In this document: positions 54,422 to 63,542 of the stretch, one piece after another
How the letters are laid out: every line of letters starts with the position of its first letter
Position numbering within the stretch: position 1 is the first letter of the stretch
Assembly (NCBI GenBank): GCA_963781815.1
Contig: CAWAHK010000003.1
Coordinates: 495,774 to 559,773, forward strand
Source: an uncultured Pseudomonadota bacterium
GTDB lineage: Bacteria > Pseudomonadota > Gammaproteobacteria > Steroidobacterales > Steroidobacteraceae
Direction: 5' to 3'
Length of the DNA: 64,000 nucleotides
The notes under the pieces: model-generated
What the model saw: only the letters and a program-made list of their open reading frames with translations
Told to the model about the DNA's origin: nothing
Database searches by the model: none
Position numbers and translations under genes: made by a program

Positions 54422-54502
54422 ACCCGTCTCGGCTGTCCTTTATTAGAGTCGATCATCCGCGCAACCGGTCCGGCCTGATAATCCCGCCTGCCGGGCCGGC
54501 GG

Positions 54503-55948
54503 TCATCGCTGCATCCCGATTGATCGGGCTGCCTTGAGCACCTCGGCGACGATTTCGCTGACATCTGAACTGCCGCTGCGATGATTGACGAAGCAGGCGC
54601 GCAGCGCAAACGCGCCGGCAATGGAGGCATTGGAGAGGTAGACACGCCCGCTTTCGATGACGCGCCGCAAGACGGCCGCATTGAGCTGACTGACGTCCGC
54701 CTGGCTGCCGCTGCCGCGGTACCGGAAGCACACCGCACTCAGCTCGACCGGCGCCAGTAACTCAAGCTGCGGGCATTCCCGGATGGCGTCGGCGAGCTGG
54801 CGCGCGTGCTCCAGGTCGGCGCGGATGGCGGCACGAAAGGCCTCGAGTCCGTGGTAACGCAGCGACAGCCACACCTTCAGGGCCCGGAAGCGACGCGATA
54901 GCTCCAGCGATTCCTCGAAGAAAGCGAAGTCCTCGCCCGGCCCTGAGTCGATGACCCGGGCGTAATCCTCCGTGTGCGAGAACGTCGCCCTGGCCACTGC
55001 CGGATCCTTAAAGAGGAGCAGCCCGCAATCCACCGGCTGATAGAACCATTTGTGCAGGTCCACCGACAACGAGTCCGCCCGGTTGAGACCGCGGTACTTC
55101 TCGGCCGCCACGAGTGCGCCCAGCGCCCCGTACGCACCGTCGACGTGCAGCCAAAGATCGTTCGCTGCGCAGATCTGCGCTATCTGCTCAAGAGGATCGA
55201 TCGCACCCGTACTGACGGTTCCCGCCGAGGCCACGACCGCGATACGCTCACGGCCGGCGGCACGATCCTCGGCAATCGCCTGCTCCAGCCCACTGGCGCT
55301 CATGCGCGCCTGCCCATCCACCGGCACCGCGTGCAGGCTGCGCCGCCCCAGGCCCAGGAGCGCCACCGCTTTGGCGATCGACATGTGCACTTCGCCCGAG
55401 CAGTAGATGACGCCCGGCCGGGCACCTGCCTCATTAGCGGGCAGTTTGGCCTCGCGCGCCATGGCCAGCGCCATGAGATTCGCGGCTGAGCCCCCGCCAC
55501 ACAGGCTCCCCGTGAATCCCGGGCAGCCCAGGGCTCCGGCGATCCAACGCACTACCTGCCGCTCAATGGCCACCGCCGCCGGCGCGGAGCGCCAAGCCGT
55601 CACATTCTGATTGAGCACGCTGGCCAGGAGATCCCCCAGCGCGGCCACCGGCTCGCCCGAGCCGAGCACGTAGCCGAAGAAGCGCGGTGTCGGAAGGCGG
55701 GACATCTGGAGCACATCAGTGAGGGCATCCAGCGCCGCCCCCTTGAGACCCTGCTGCGGCACCGGCTCATCGAACGCGCGTTGCGTCTGAGCTCCCGTGG
55801 TCTGCGGGTACGCACGGGCGCCATCCAGCCCTTCATAGAGGTCCGCGGCGAGCTGCGTTACGCGCTCCGCAAGCGCGCGAAACTCGGCGCTGGACACGTG
55901 CAGTGCGTTCACTCGGTCTCGCGGGGATTCATTTTTGCAACGGTGCAC
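54503..55948 (-). CDS. group II PLP-dependent (aromatic amino acid-type) decarboxylase
   Basis: GSLCGGGSAANLMALAMARE, HVDGAYGA and SLSVDLHKWFYQPVDCGLLLF (PLP-Lys in DxHK). The start is uncertain among in-frame GTGs at 55948, 55912 and 55897. Confidence 0.85.
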   Translation of the reverse strand: MHRCKNESPRDRVNALHVSSAEFRALAERVTQLAADLYEGLDGARAYPQTTGAQTQRAFDEPVPQQGLKGAALDALTDVLQMSRLPTPRFFGYVLGSGEPVAALGDLLASVLNQNVTAWRSAPAAVAIERQVVRWIAGALGCPGFTGSLCGGGSAANLMALAMAREAKLPANEAGARPGVIYCSGEVHMSIAKAVALLGLGRRSLHAVPVDGQARMSASGLEQAIAEDRAAGRERIAVVASAGTVSTGAIDPLEQIAQICAANDLWLHVDGAYGALGALVAAEKYRGLNRADSLSVDLHKWFYQPVDCGLLLFKDPAVARATFSHTEDYARVIDSGPGEDFAFFEESLELSRRFRALKVWLSLRYHGLEAFRAAIRADLEHARQLADAIRECPQLELLAPVELSAVCFRYRGSGSQADVSQLNAAVLRRVIESGRVYLSNASIAGAFALRACFVNHRSGSSDVSEIVAEVLKAARSIGMQR

Positions 55949-56019
55949 CCGACCGCACGGATGGCAATGGTTCGTGGCTTAGGTGGTGCGCGCGCGGCGC
56001 GATCTGCTCCCATCGCTGG

Positions 56020-57096
56020 CTACGCGAGCGAGGTTTCCTTCGTGGCAACGGTGGCGTTCGCCGGTGCCTGCTGCTCGGCCTCGATGAGCTTGGCGAGAAC
56101 GCGCCTGAAGTGCGCAAGCGGCGCATCCGCCAAGATCCCCAGCATCTGAAAGTTCGGATCCTCATCGAGCGTCCGTTGCTGCCGCTCGATGATCGCCTTG
56201 TCCTCCATGAACCCTTCAATCAGGCTGTTGAGCAGCGAGCGGGAAATGGTCGAGTCGTCCCCTTCGAAGTTGTTCAGATAAGCCCAGAAGAAGTGAGTCG
56301 TACGCTCGGTCTCGGGCGTCATGTACTGACAGTTGCGATACTCCCGGGCGTTCTGCAAGTTGCCCTTCTCGGCACCCTGACCCGCCGGCGTGAACATCGT
56401 CTCCATGTAGAAGATCCCCGGAATGAGCATGGTGACGTGATTGCGACGGTCCACCCGCATGTCCTTCTCGCGGATGACCTTCTTGTGAAACGGCGGTACC
56501 TCGCTGTTCATGTGCCAGCGCTCGACACGAAAGCCGCGCTCCTGTTTCTCCACGACGACCGGCTTGGTGACGTACGCGTACTCCTCCGAGCCACCGAGGG
56601 TATGGGTATGCACGAATGCCAGATGTGCGAAGTCACTGAGGTTGTCGACGATGAGCAGGTAGTTGGCGTCGTAGTGCAGATACGCGGGCAGACCCTTCCA
56701 CTTCGGATCGTGCAGCGGTGCGTACTCTGGAATGAGAGCGCGATCCGCACGCGCCGCCTCCCCCATCCAGATCCAGATCAGGTGCCCGCTCTCGACGATC
56801 GGATACTTGCGGACCCGCAGCTTGGGCGGAATCATGTCCTGGCCTGGAATTTGGACACAGCGGCCAGTCTGGTCGTACTTGATCCCGTGGTACATGCACC
56901 GCACGCTGTCGCCTTCGCGCCTCCCCTGAGACAGAAGCGCGCCACGATGCGGGCAACGATCGTTGAGCGCGAAGACCTCGCCGCTGTCGCCCCGATAGAG
57001 CAGCACGTTCTCGCCCAGAATCGTGCGGGCCAACAGCTTCCCGTCGATCAGTTCGTAATCCCAAGCGGCGACATACCAGCAGTTCTTGAGAAACAT
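56020..57096 (-). CDS. Rieske [2Fe-2S] non-haem-iron oxygenase, VanA/phthalate-family alpha subunit
   Basis: MFLKNCWYVAAW.. plus CPHRGALLSQG..VRCMYHGIKY (CxH..CxxH Rieske site). C-terminal catalytic domain with FAHLAFVHTHTLG. GGGGGAAG RBS. Confidence 0.85.
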   Translation of the reverse strand: MFLKNCWYVAAWDYELIDGKLLARTILGENVLLYRGDSGEVFALNDRCPHRGALLSQGRREGDSVRCMYHGIKYDQTGRCVQIPGQDMIPPKLRVRKYPIVESGHLIWIWMGEAARADRALIPEYAPLHDPKWKGLPAYLHYDANYLLIVDNLSDFAHLAFVHTHTLGGSEEYAYVTKPVVVEKQERGFRVERWHMNSEVPPFHKKVIREKDMRVDRRNHVTMLIPGIFYMETMFTPAGQGAEKGNLQNAREYRNCQYMTPETERTTHFFWAYLNNFEGDDSTISRSLLNSLIEGFMEDKAIIERQQRTLDEDPNFQMLGILADAPLAHFRRVLAKLIEAEQQAPANATVATKETSLA

Positions 57097-57198
57097 GATC
57101 TCTTCCCCCAGTCTTGCCTTGCGGCGTACACCGGCCCGCGCATAGCTTCACACTACAGGGCCGGTGCATGCGCCGCACCAGGCCGCGCCGCGCGGGCC

Positions 57199-59559
57199 TC
57201 AGAAACGCTGTACGAACTCCACCCCGATCGTGCGCGGTTGATTGATGAACAACCGTGGTCGGCCCGGAACCTCCGCCGCAATCGAGCGGTTGTCGCCCAG
57301 GTTCGTCACCTCGTTGGTGAGATTCTTGCCGACCAGCGCGAGTTCCGTGGCCCCGTTGGTGAAGGCGATGCGCGCATCCAGCAATCGGTACGAGGGCCGT
57401 TCGCGCGACAAGTCGGAGGCGTTGCTGGAGCTGAAGCTTCGCCCGATGTAGGAGAAATCAACCTCGCTCGCGGCGTTCCACGAGGTCGTGATCGGCAGCG
57501 TATACGAGAGTGAAGCGTTACCGGTCCAGTCGGGCACATTGAAGACCGGCGATCCCACCGCCTGCGCCGACTCACCCTTCTCGGTGATCTTCGCGTCCTG
57601 GTAGCCGACACCGAGGGACACCTGCAGGTGCTCAGTGGCCGCGGCGCGCAGTTCCAGCTCGCCGCCCTTGCTCTCGGCGGCGCCGGCATTGGCGATGAAC
57701 TGGAAGCCGCACGGCAGCAGCACCGCCTGCTGAATGTTGTCCCACTTGATGTAGAACGCCGCCGCGTTGAGCGTCAGCCGGTGATCCAGCCAGCCGGTCT
57801 TGGCTCCCAGCTCGTAGTTCCACAGCGAATCGGAATGGAAGCTGCGGGTATCGTCCAGCGTGAGGTTTGGGTTCACTTGCTGCAGCGCCGCCACGCAGTC
57901 ATTGGGCGTGCCTGCCGTTCCCGGTGGAACGATCGGCACCACGCCGCCGGGCCGGAAGCCCTTGGACGCCAGTGCGTAGACCATCTTGTCGGGATCGACG
58001 TGATAATCCAGCTCGAACTTCGGGTTGACGCCGCTCTCCTTGACGGTCGCCTGCGGGCTCACGATTTTGCCGCCGCCCACCGCCAGTCCCTCCTCGAATC
58101 CCTGTGAGGTGGTCTTCACCTGGTACCAGCGCAGCCCGGCCGTCGCCCTCCACGCCGTACTGATGTCCCAGGACACCTCACCGAAGGCCGCAGGCTCCTG
58201 CACCTCAGTATGGAAGTCCTGGGCGAAAATGAGGTTGGGAATGCCATCAGGGTTGTTGGGCTGGCCGCCCGTCAGCTGGTTGTCCAGATTCGGAACCTGC
58301 GAGCCGGGGTAGAGCGATGCGAACGGGACGCGGCCATGAAAATCCGAGTAGAACGCGCCGACCACGAACTGGATCGGCCCGGAGAGCTGCGAGGCGAAGC
58401 GCACTTCCTCGACAAAGCGCTGGTACGACTTGATCTCCTGGATTGGACCGGGGGACGGCGGATTGCAGTAGGGCGCAGGATTGGCGCAGGCGCCCGAGGT
58501 GATTGCCGCCCAGACGAATTCCGACTGGTCCTCGGTCTCATCCACCCGGCGGTCGAAGTACGCGGTCGAGGAGACGAACTCGCCGAGGCCGGTTTTCCAG
58601 TGCAGGTTGAGCGAATACAGGTCCCACCAGTCAGAACCGCCCTCCGGGACGTTGAAGAAGCGCGCCTGGGTAAAGTTATCAGTGACGAGCGGCTGCGGCA
58701 GCGTGTAGGGACCGGACGGCGCCGGGAAGCCGATGCCGTTGTCCGGCATGCTGTTGAAGTCCCCAAGCGGGAAGCCGTTGTAGTTGGCGCGCTGCAGCAT
58801 GACACGCGGGGTGATGGTCAACGCATCGGTCGCCTTGATCGTGAGGCTCGCCGACCCGCCGTAGGTATCAATGGCCGCGACATTGCTGGTGCTGGTGCGC
58901 CCGCTGCCGGACAGCGGGAAACAGGTCACCCCCGCCGACGCCGGGTCGGTGCACCAGCTGCGCTTGAAATATCCCGCCTCGTAGTCATAAAACCCCGTCA
59001 CGCGCAACGCCAGGCGGTCCTGCACCAGCGGAATGTTGACGATGGCATCGCCGGTGTAGTTGGGCTGGTCGGTGCGCTCGGTGTCCGACACTCCCCCATG
59101 CACCACGGCGGAGAATTTCGACAGTTCCGGCTCCTTGGTAATGACGCGCACCGTGCCGCCCATCGAGCGCGCGCCGTAGAGGGTGCCCTGCGGCCCGCGC
59201 AGCACTTCGATGTGGTCGATATCGAGCACGCGCGGGTCAACCGAGTCCGGGAGCGGCGTGTCGTCGATATAGAAGCCGGTGACATTGTCCCCGGATATCC
59301 CGCGGATCGAGACCGTGCGGGCGGTGCCGACGCCGTCGCCGGTCGGAGCGAACGCCAGATTCGGGACCTTGGTGGCGTAATCAAAGAAGTTGTTGATCGC
59401 CTTCTGCTGCAAGGCCTCCGAGCTGAACGTCGTGATGGACATGGGGACCGTCTGTTCGCTCTCGGAGCGCTTCTGCGCCGTGACGATCACTTCCTCGAGC
59501 GCGCCGGTGGCCGGCGCGGTCTCCGCGGCCGCGTTGGCGCCGCTGCCGTGACCAGCCAT
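57199..59559 (-). CDS. TonB-dependent receptor (the ORF as it stands lacks a signal peptide; see frameshift finding)
   Basis: Plug: EEVIVTAQKR..VPMSITTF..TVSIRGISGDNVTGFYIDDTPL..IEVLRGPQGTLYGARSMGGTVRVITK. The 22-strand-sized barrel ends ..IGVEFVQRF. A signal-peptide-like MSMHKPRFVLIAGV with a strong RBS lies in another frame, starting at 59600. Confidence 0.85.
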   Translation of the reverse strand: MAGHGSGANAAAETAPATGALEEVIVTAQKRSESEQTVPMSITTFSSEALQQKAINNFFDYATKVPNLAFAPTGDGVGTARTVSIRGISGDNVTGFYIDDTPLPDSVDPRVLDIDHIEVLRGPQGTLYGARSMGGTVRVITKEPELSKFSAVVHGGVSDTERTDQPNYTGDAIVNIPLVQDRLALRVTGFYDYEAGYFKRSWCTDPASAGVTCFPLSGSGRTSTSNVAAIDTYGGSASLTIKATDALTITPRVMLQRANYNGFPLGDFNSMPDNGIGFPAPSGPYTLPQPLVTDNFTQARFFNVPEGGSDWWDLYSLNLHWKTGLGEFVSSTAYFDRRVDETEDQSEFVWAAITSGACANPAPYCNPPSPGPIQEIKSYQRFVEEVRFASQLSGPIQFVVGAFYSDFHGRVPFASLYPGSQVPNLDNQLTGGQPNNPDGIPNLIFAQDFHTEVQEPAAFGEVSWDISTAWRATAGLRWYQVKTTSQGFEEGLAVGGGKIVSPQATVKESGVNPKFELDYHVDPDKMVYALASKGFRPGGVVPIVPPGTAGTPNDCVAALQQVNPNLTLDDTRSFHSDSLWNYELGAKTGWLDHRLTLNAAAFYIKWDNIQQAVLLPCGFQFIANAGAAESKGGELELRAAATEHLQVSLGVGYQDAKITEKGESAQAVGSPVFNVPDWTGNASLSYTLPITTSWNAASEVDFSYIGRSFSSSNASDLSRERPSYRLLDARIAFTNGATELALVGKNLTNEVTNLGDNRSIAAEVPGRPRLFINQPRTIGVEFVQRF

Positions 59560-59625
59560 ACCCCTGCGATCAGTACGAATCGCGGCTTGTGCATACTCAT
59601 GGCCCTCCCCCTCCTGCCGTGGTTC

Positions 59626-60150
59626 TTATTGCGCCGCATCGGAGACGCTGCCTGCAGCGCCGCCGTCTTTGGATTGTAATGGATGATCGCCAGCGGCCTG
59701 CCCGGATTCATACTCCGGCAGCATCGCGAGCAACTGATCGAGCGACTGCTGGAAGCCCTCGCTGAAGTGCTCGCCGATGCGCTGCTCGATGCGGCGGTAG
59801 GTCGCCTCGATCTGCGGCGCCATGCGTGCCGCCATGGCGCGCGCTCGCGGCGTGAGTGACACGCGTACCCGGCGTTGATCGTGGTCGACCCGCCGGCGGT
59901 GCACGAGACCGAGCTCCTGCATACGGGCCAGCACGCCCGCCATGCTCGGGCTCGAGATGCGGCACAATTCGACGATCTCACGCGGCTCGAGCGAGGGCTT
60001 CTCGTACAGCACGCGCACGATACGCCACTGCTGCTCGGTTATGCCGTGGGCGTTGAGAATGGGCCGGAAGTGAGACAACACGCGCTCCCGTGCCTGCAGC
60101 AGCACGAGCGGCAGATTGCGATGTTGCAGCCTGGTTGATTTCACAGTCAT
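59626..60150 (-). CDS. hpaR: MarR-family regulator, HpaR-like (homoprotocatechuate pathway repressor)
   Basis: LPLVLLQARERVLSHFRPILNAHGITEQQWRIVRVLYEKPSLEPREIVELCRISSPSMAGVLARMQELGLVHR has a MarR wHTH. It sits divergent from hpa meta-cleavage genes. Confidence 0.75.
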   Translation of the reverse strand: MTVKSTRLQHRNLPLVLLQARERVLSHFRPILNAHGITEQQWRIVRVLYEKPSLEPREIVELCRISSPSMAGVLARMQELGLVHRRRVDHDQRRVRVSLTPRARAMAARMAPQIEATYRRIEQRIGEHFSEGFQQSLDQLLAMLPEYESGQAAGDHPLQSKDGGAAGSVSDAAQ

Positions 60151-60212
60151 GGTCAGGCGCGCGCAAAGTGTTCAGCGAGCGATTCGCGGATATACTCACA
60201 CATTAGTAATCG

Positions 60213-60234
60213 ATTTGCTAACCTATTAGCAAAT
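60213..60234. promoter_or_regulatory. perfect inverted repeat ATTTGCTAA-CCTA-TTAGCAAAT (candidate HpaR operator) in the hpaR / hpaG divergent region
   Basis: Read directly. A third, imperfect half-site TTAGTAAT at 60203-60210 lies 2 nt upstream. The repeat ends 23 nt before the hpaG1 ATG. Confidence 0.55.
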
Positions 60235-60256
60235 TTCCTAGCCACCGGGGCGGGAG

Positions 60257-60940
60257 ATGCCGCAAGTCGCCGTGCCAATCGAGGTCCCGCCGTACCAGCT
60301 CTCCGGGGTGGTGTATGCCACGTTGCTCAACCACCGCTCGGCGTGGCAGGACCTGGGCGATGCGGTAAACCATCCTCCTTACGACGCGCCCCCCAAGGCC
60401 CCGGTCCTGTACGTGAAGCCGCGGAATACGCTGGCCGCCAGCGGCGATCCCGTGCCCGTCCCGGCCGGGGTTACTGAGCTGGAGCTCGAGGCAGGCCTGG
60501 GACTCGTCATCGGTCGACCCGCCTGCCGCCTCGAGGAAGCGCGTGCCCTGGAATATCTCGCGGGCTATCTCATCGTCAACGACGTCAGCATCCCGCACCG
60601 GCCCTACTACCGCCCCTCGATCCGCGCCCGGGCACGCGACGGGTTCTGCCCGGTCGGACCGCGGGTCGTGCCGTGCGCGGCAATCGCCAATCCCGATGAC
60701 CTGGCCATCCGCGTCTTCATTGACGGGAAATTGAGGCAGCAGACCGGCACCTCGCAGTTGGTGCGGAACATCAGAAGGTTGCTGGCTGACGTCACGGACT
60801 TCATGACGCTCTCTCCGGGAGACATCCTCGCCGTGGGTGCCGCAGCGCCGGCACCGCGGGTGCGGGCCGGCCAGCAGGCGCGCATCGAGATCGATGGCAT
60901 CGGGCAGCTGGAGAGCCCCTTCGTGCAGGGGCCCGCATGA
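60257..60940 (+). CDS. hpaG: fumarylacetoacetate-hydrolase-family protein, HpaG N-terminal-domain type
   Basis: GVVYATLLNH..PVLYVKPRNT..ELEAGLGLVIGR..LAGYLIVNDVS..FCPVGP..MTLSPGDIL FAH-fold blocks in an hpa context. Confidence 0.8.
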   Translation: MPQVAVPIEVPPYQLSGVVYATLLNHRSAWQDLGDAVNHPPYDAPPKAPVLYVKPRNTLAASGDPVPVPAGVTELELEAGLGLVIGRPACRLEEARALEYLAGYLIVNDVSIPHRPYYRPSIRARARDGFCPVGPRVVPCAAIANPDDLAIRVFIDGKLRQQTGTSQLVRNIRRLLADVTDFMTLSPGDILAVGAAAPAPRVRAGQQARIEIDGIGQLESPFVQGPA

Positions 60941-61707
60941 AAGTCGCCCGCGTCGCCTGCGCCGGGGCAATCCACGCCGCTGAACCGCACCCGTTGCCCG
61001 ACGGGCGCGCGGGGGTGCGGCTCACGGATGGACGCCTGCTGGCCGAGGACGCCGTCGTGTGGCTCCCGCCGGTCGAGGCACGCACGATCATCGCGCTCGG
61101 CCTCAACTACGCCGAGCGCGCCAAGGAGCTGGCTTTCAGCGCTCAGGCGGAGCCTCTGGTGTTTCTCAAGGGTCCGGGAACCCTGCTCGGCCACCGGGGG
61201 GTCACGCGCCGTCCAGCCGAGGTCAAGTTCATGCACTACGAGTGTGAACTCGCGGTCGTCATCGGTCGAACCGCCCGGGGTGTTAGTCGCGATGCCGCGC
61301 TGGCGCACGTTGCCGGCTATTGCATCGCCAACGACTATGCGATCCGCGACTACCTGGAAAACTGGTACCGGCCCAATCTGCGGGTCAAGAACCGCGACGG
61401 GGCGACGGTCCTGGGCCCCTGGCTGGTGGATGCCGCGGCGATCGCCGACCCCGGGAAGCTGGGCCTGCGCACCTACGTCAACGGCAAGCTGACCCAGCAG
61501 GGCCATACCAGCGACATGATCACCGATGTTCCGGGCCTCATCGAGTACCTGAGCTCCTTCATGACGCTCAGTGCCGGGGACGTAATTCTGACCGGGACGC
61601 CCGAGGGGGTCACCAATGTGGAGGTCGGCGATGAGGTCGTGTGCGAAATCGACGGCCTGGGTCGCCTGCAGAACACGATCGTCGGGGATAAGCTCTTCGG
61701 CCGCTAA
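60937..61707 (+). CDS. hpaG: fumarylacetoacetate-hydrolase-family protein, HpaG C-terminal-domain type
   Basis: IIALGLNYAERAKE..FLKGPGTL..YECELAVVIGR..VAGYCIANDYAIRD..KNRDG..MTLSAGDVILTGTPEG. ATGA overlap with the previous gene. Confidence 0.85.
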   Translation: MKVARVACAGAIHAAEPHPLPDGRAGVRLTDGRLLAEDAVVWLPPVEARTIIALGLNYAERAKELAFSAQAEPLVFLKGPGTLLGHRGVTRRPAEVKFMHYECELAVVIGRTARGVSRDAALAHVAGYCIANDYAIRDYLENWYRPNLRVKNRDGATVLGPWLVDAAAIADPGKLGLRTYVNGKLTQQGHTSDMITDVPGLIEYLSSFMTLSAGDVILTGTPEGVTNVEVGDEVVCEIDGLGRLQNTIVGDKLFGR

Positions 61708-61716
61708 GGCCTGCGC

Positions 61717-63186
61717 ATGAAAATCCAGCACCTCATCAACGGCAAGCCGGTAGCCAGCCGCAGCTACTTCGAGACCCTCAATCCGGCCACCCAGGAAGTG
61801 CTGGCGGAGGTGGCAAGCGGCGGCGCCGCCGAGGTCAGCGCCGCCGTGGCGGCCGCCAAGGCGGCCTTTCCTGCGTGGGCCGGCCGGCCGGCGAGCGAAC
61901 GGGCAGCGCTGCTGCGCAAGCTCGGCGATCTGATCGCGCAGAGCGCGCCGCTCCTGGCCCGCATGGAAACCCAGGATACCGGGCAGCCGATCGCCCAGAC
62001 GGGCCGGCAGCTGATTCCGCGTTCTGCGGATAACTTCCACTACTTTGCTGAAATGTGCGTGCGCGTCGATGGTCACACCTATCCGACGTCCACACATCTG
62101 AACTACACGCTGTTCCACCCGGTCGGTGTGTGCGCCCTGATCTCGCCCTGGAACGTGCCCTTCATGACGGCCACCTGGAAGGTCGCGCCGGCGCTCGCCT
62201 TCGGCAACACCGCCGTGCTGAAGATGAGCGAGCTTTCGCCGCTCACCGCCTCACGTCTGGGCGAGCTGGCGCTCGAGGCCGGGATCCCTCCCGGGGTCCT
62301 CAACGTCGTGCACGGTCTGGGGCAGGAGGCCGGTGAGCCCCTGTGCCAGCATCCGGACGTCCGCGCCATCTCCTTCACCGGCTCCACGCTCACCGGCAGT
62401 CGCATCGTGAAGGGGGCCGGCCTTAAGAAATTCAGCATGGAACTGGGGGGCAAGAGCCCGTTCGTGGTATTCGAGGACGCGGACCTGACGCGCGCACTCG
62501 ACGCGGCGCTCTTCATGGTGTTCTCGAACAACGGAGAGCGCTGCACCGCCGGTTCGCGGATCCTGGTCCAGAAGGGCATTTACGCTGACTTCACGGCCCG
62601 CTTCGGCGAGCGCGCGCGCCGCATCAGGGTGGGCGATCCACTCGAGGAAGGAACGCTGGTCGGTCCCCTGATCAGCCATGCTCACCTGGCCAAGGTGCGC
62701 GGCTACATCGCAGACGGCCCCAGGGAGGGCGCCACGCTCGTATGCGGCGGCCTCGAACGTCCGTCCTACGCGGACGAGCTCCCAGAGGCAGTCCGTGGGG
62801 GCAACTTTGTATGGCCCACCGTATTTGCCGACGTCGACAACCGCATGCGCATTGCCCAGGAGGAAATCTTTGGGCCCGTGGCCTGCCTCATTCCCTTCAC
62901 CGACGAGGCCGACGCCATTGCCAAGGCCAACGATGTCCGCTACGGGCTCAGCAGCTACGTCTGGAGCGAAAATCTCGGGCGCGCACACCGGGTGGCCGCT
63001 GCCATCGAGGCCGGGATGTGCTTCGTCAACAGCCAGAATGTGCGTGACCTGCGGCAGCCCTTTGGCGGCACCAAGGCGTCCGGCATAGGGCGCGAGGGTG
63101 GCACCTGGAGTTACGAGGTATTCCTTGAGCCGAAGAACGTCTGCGTGAGCTTAGGCTCGCACCCGATTCCGCGCTGGGGCGCCTGA
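61717..63186 (+). CDS. hpaE: 5-carboxymethyl-2-hydroxymuconate semialdehyde dehydrogenase-type ALDH
   Basis: ISPWNVPFM, KMSELSP, FSMELGGKSP and NNGERCTAGSR are ALDH motifs. It sits between hpaG-type and ring-cleavage dioxygenase genes. Confidence 0.8.
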   Translation: MKIQHLINGKPVASRSYFETLNPATQEVLAEVASGGAAEVSAAVAAAKAAFPAWAGRPASERAALLRKLGDLIAQSAPLLARMETQDTGQPIAQTGRQLIPRSADNFHYFAEMCVRVDGHTYPTSTHLNYTLFHPVGVCALISPWNVPFMTATWKVAPALAFGNTAVLKMSELSPLTASRLGELALEAGIPPGVLNVVHGLGQEAGEPLCQHPDVRAISFTGSTLTGSRIVKGAGLKKFSMELGGKSPFVVFEDADLTRALDAALFMVFSNNGERCTAGSRILVQKGIYADFTARFGERARRIRVGDPLEEGTLVGPLISHAHLAKVRGYIADGPREGATLVCGGLERPSYADELPEAVRGGNFVWPTVFADVDNRMRIAQEEIFGPVACLIPFTDEADAIAKANDVRYGLSSYVWSENLGRAHRVAAAIEAGMCFVNSQNVRDLRQPFGGTKASGIGREGGTWSYEVFLEPKNVCVSLGSHPIPRWGA

Positions 63187-63215
63187 GGCAGCCCGCCGCC
63201 ACGCGAGCCCCGCCC

Positions 63216-63542
63216 ATGAGTCTGTATCAGCTGCAAAAATTCCTGTTCGAGCTCAATCGCGACCCCAAGGTGCAGCTCGGTTACGGCGCGGACCCGGCAG
63301 GGTTGCTGGCCCAGTATGAGCTTACGAAGGACGAGCGCGCCGCACTCGAAGGCGGCGACATCGGCCTGCTCTACGTGCTGGGCGCGAACGGGCAGCTCCT
63401 CATGCACTTCGCCGCGTTCTTAGGCCTCTCGTGGCCGGCGTACATCCAGGCGCTGCGCGACGGGGTGGCCCGGCACGGGCCGGTGCGTGCCGGCATCTAC
63501 GCCATGACCACCCAGATAAACGAAAAGGTGGCCGGCGTATGA
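63216..63542 (+). CDS. LigA-like small subunit of a class III extradiol dioxygenase
   Basis: 108 aa: MSLYQLQKFLFELNRDPKVQLGY..LTKDERAALEGGDIGLLYVLGANGQLLMHFAA resembles the LigA/aromatic-ring-opening dioxygenase alpha family. ATGA overlap with the next gene. Confidence 0.65.
   Translation: MSLYQLQKFLFELNRDPKVQLGYGADPAGLLAQYELTKDERAALEGGDIGLLYVLGANGQLLMHFAAFLGLSWPAYIQALRDGVARHGPVRAGIYAMTTQINEKVAGV

Noticed and set aside
55903-57513. 536-aa plus-strand ORF. Similar long ORFs lie at 53300-54415, 52267-53556, 58210-59679, 60607-62118 (minus) and 47684-48766 (minus).
   Set aside because: Each is antisense to a gene with clear family motifs (Rieske oxygenase, TonB receptor, ALDH, aldolase, hpaG, DUF885). 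Their translations are Arg/Ala/Gly/Pro-rich low-complexity sequence, typical of open antisense frames in GC-rich DNA, and no family motifs are seen.
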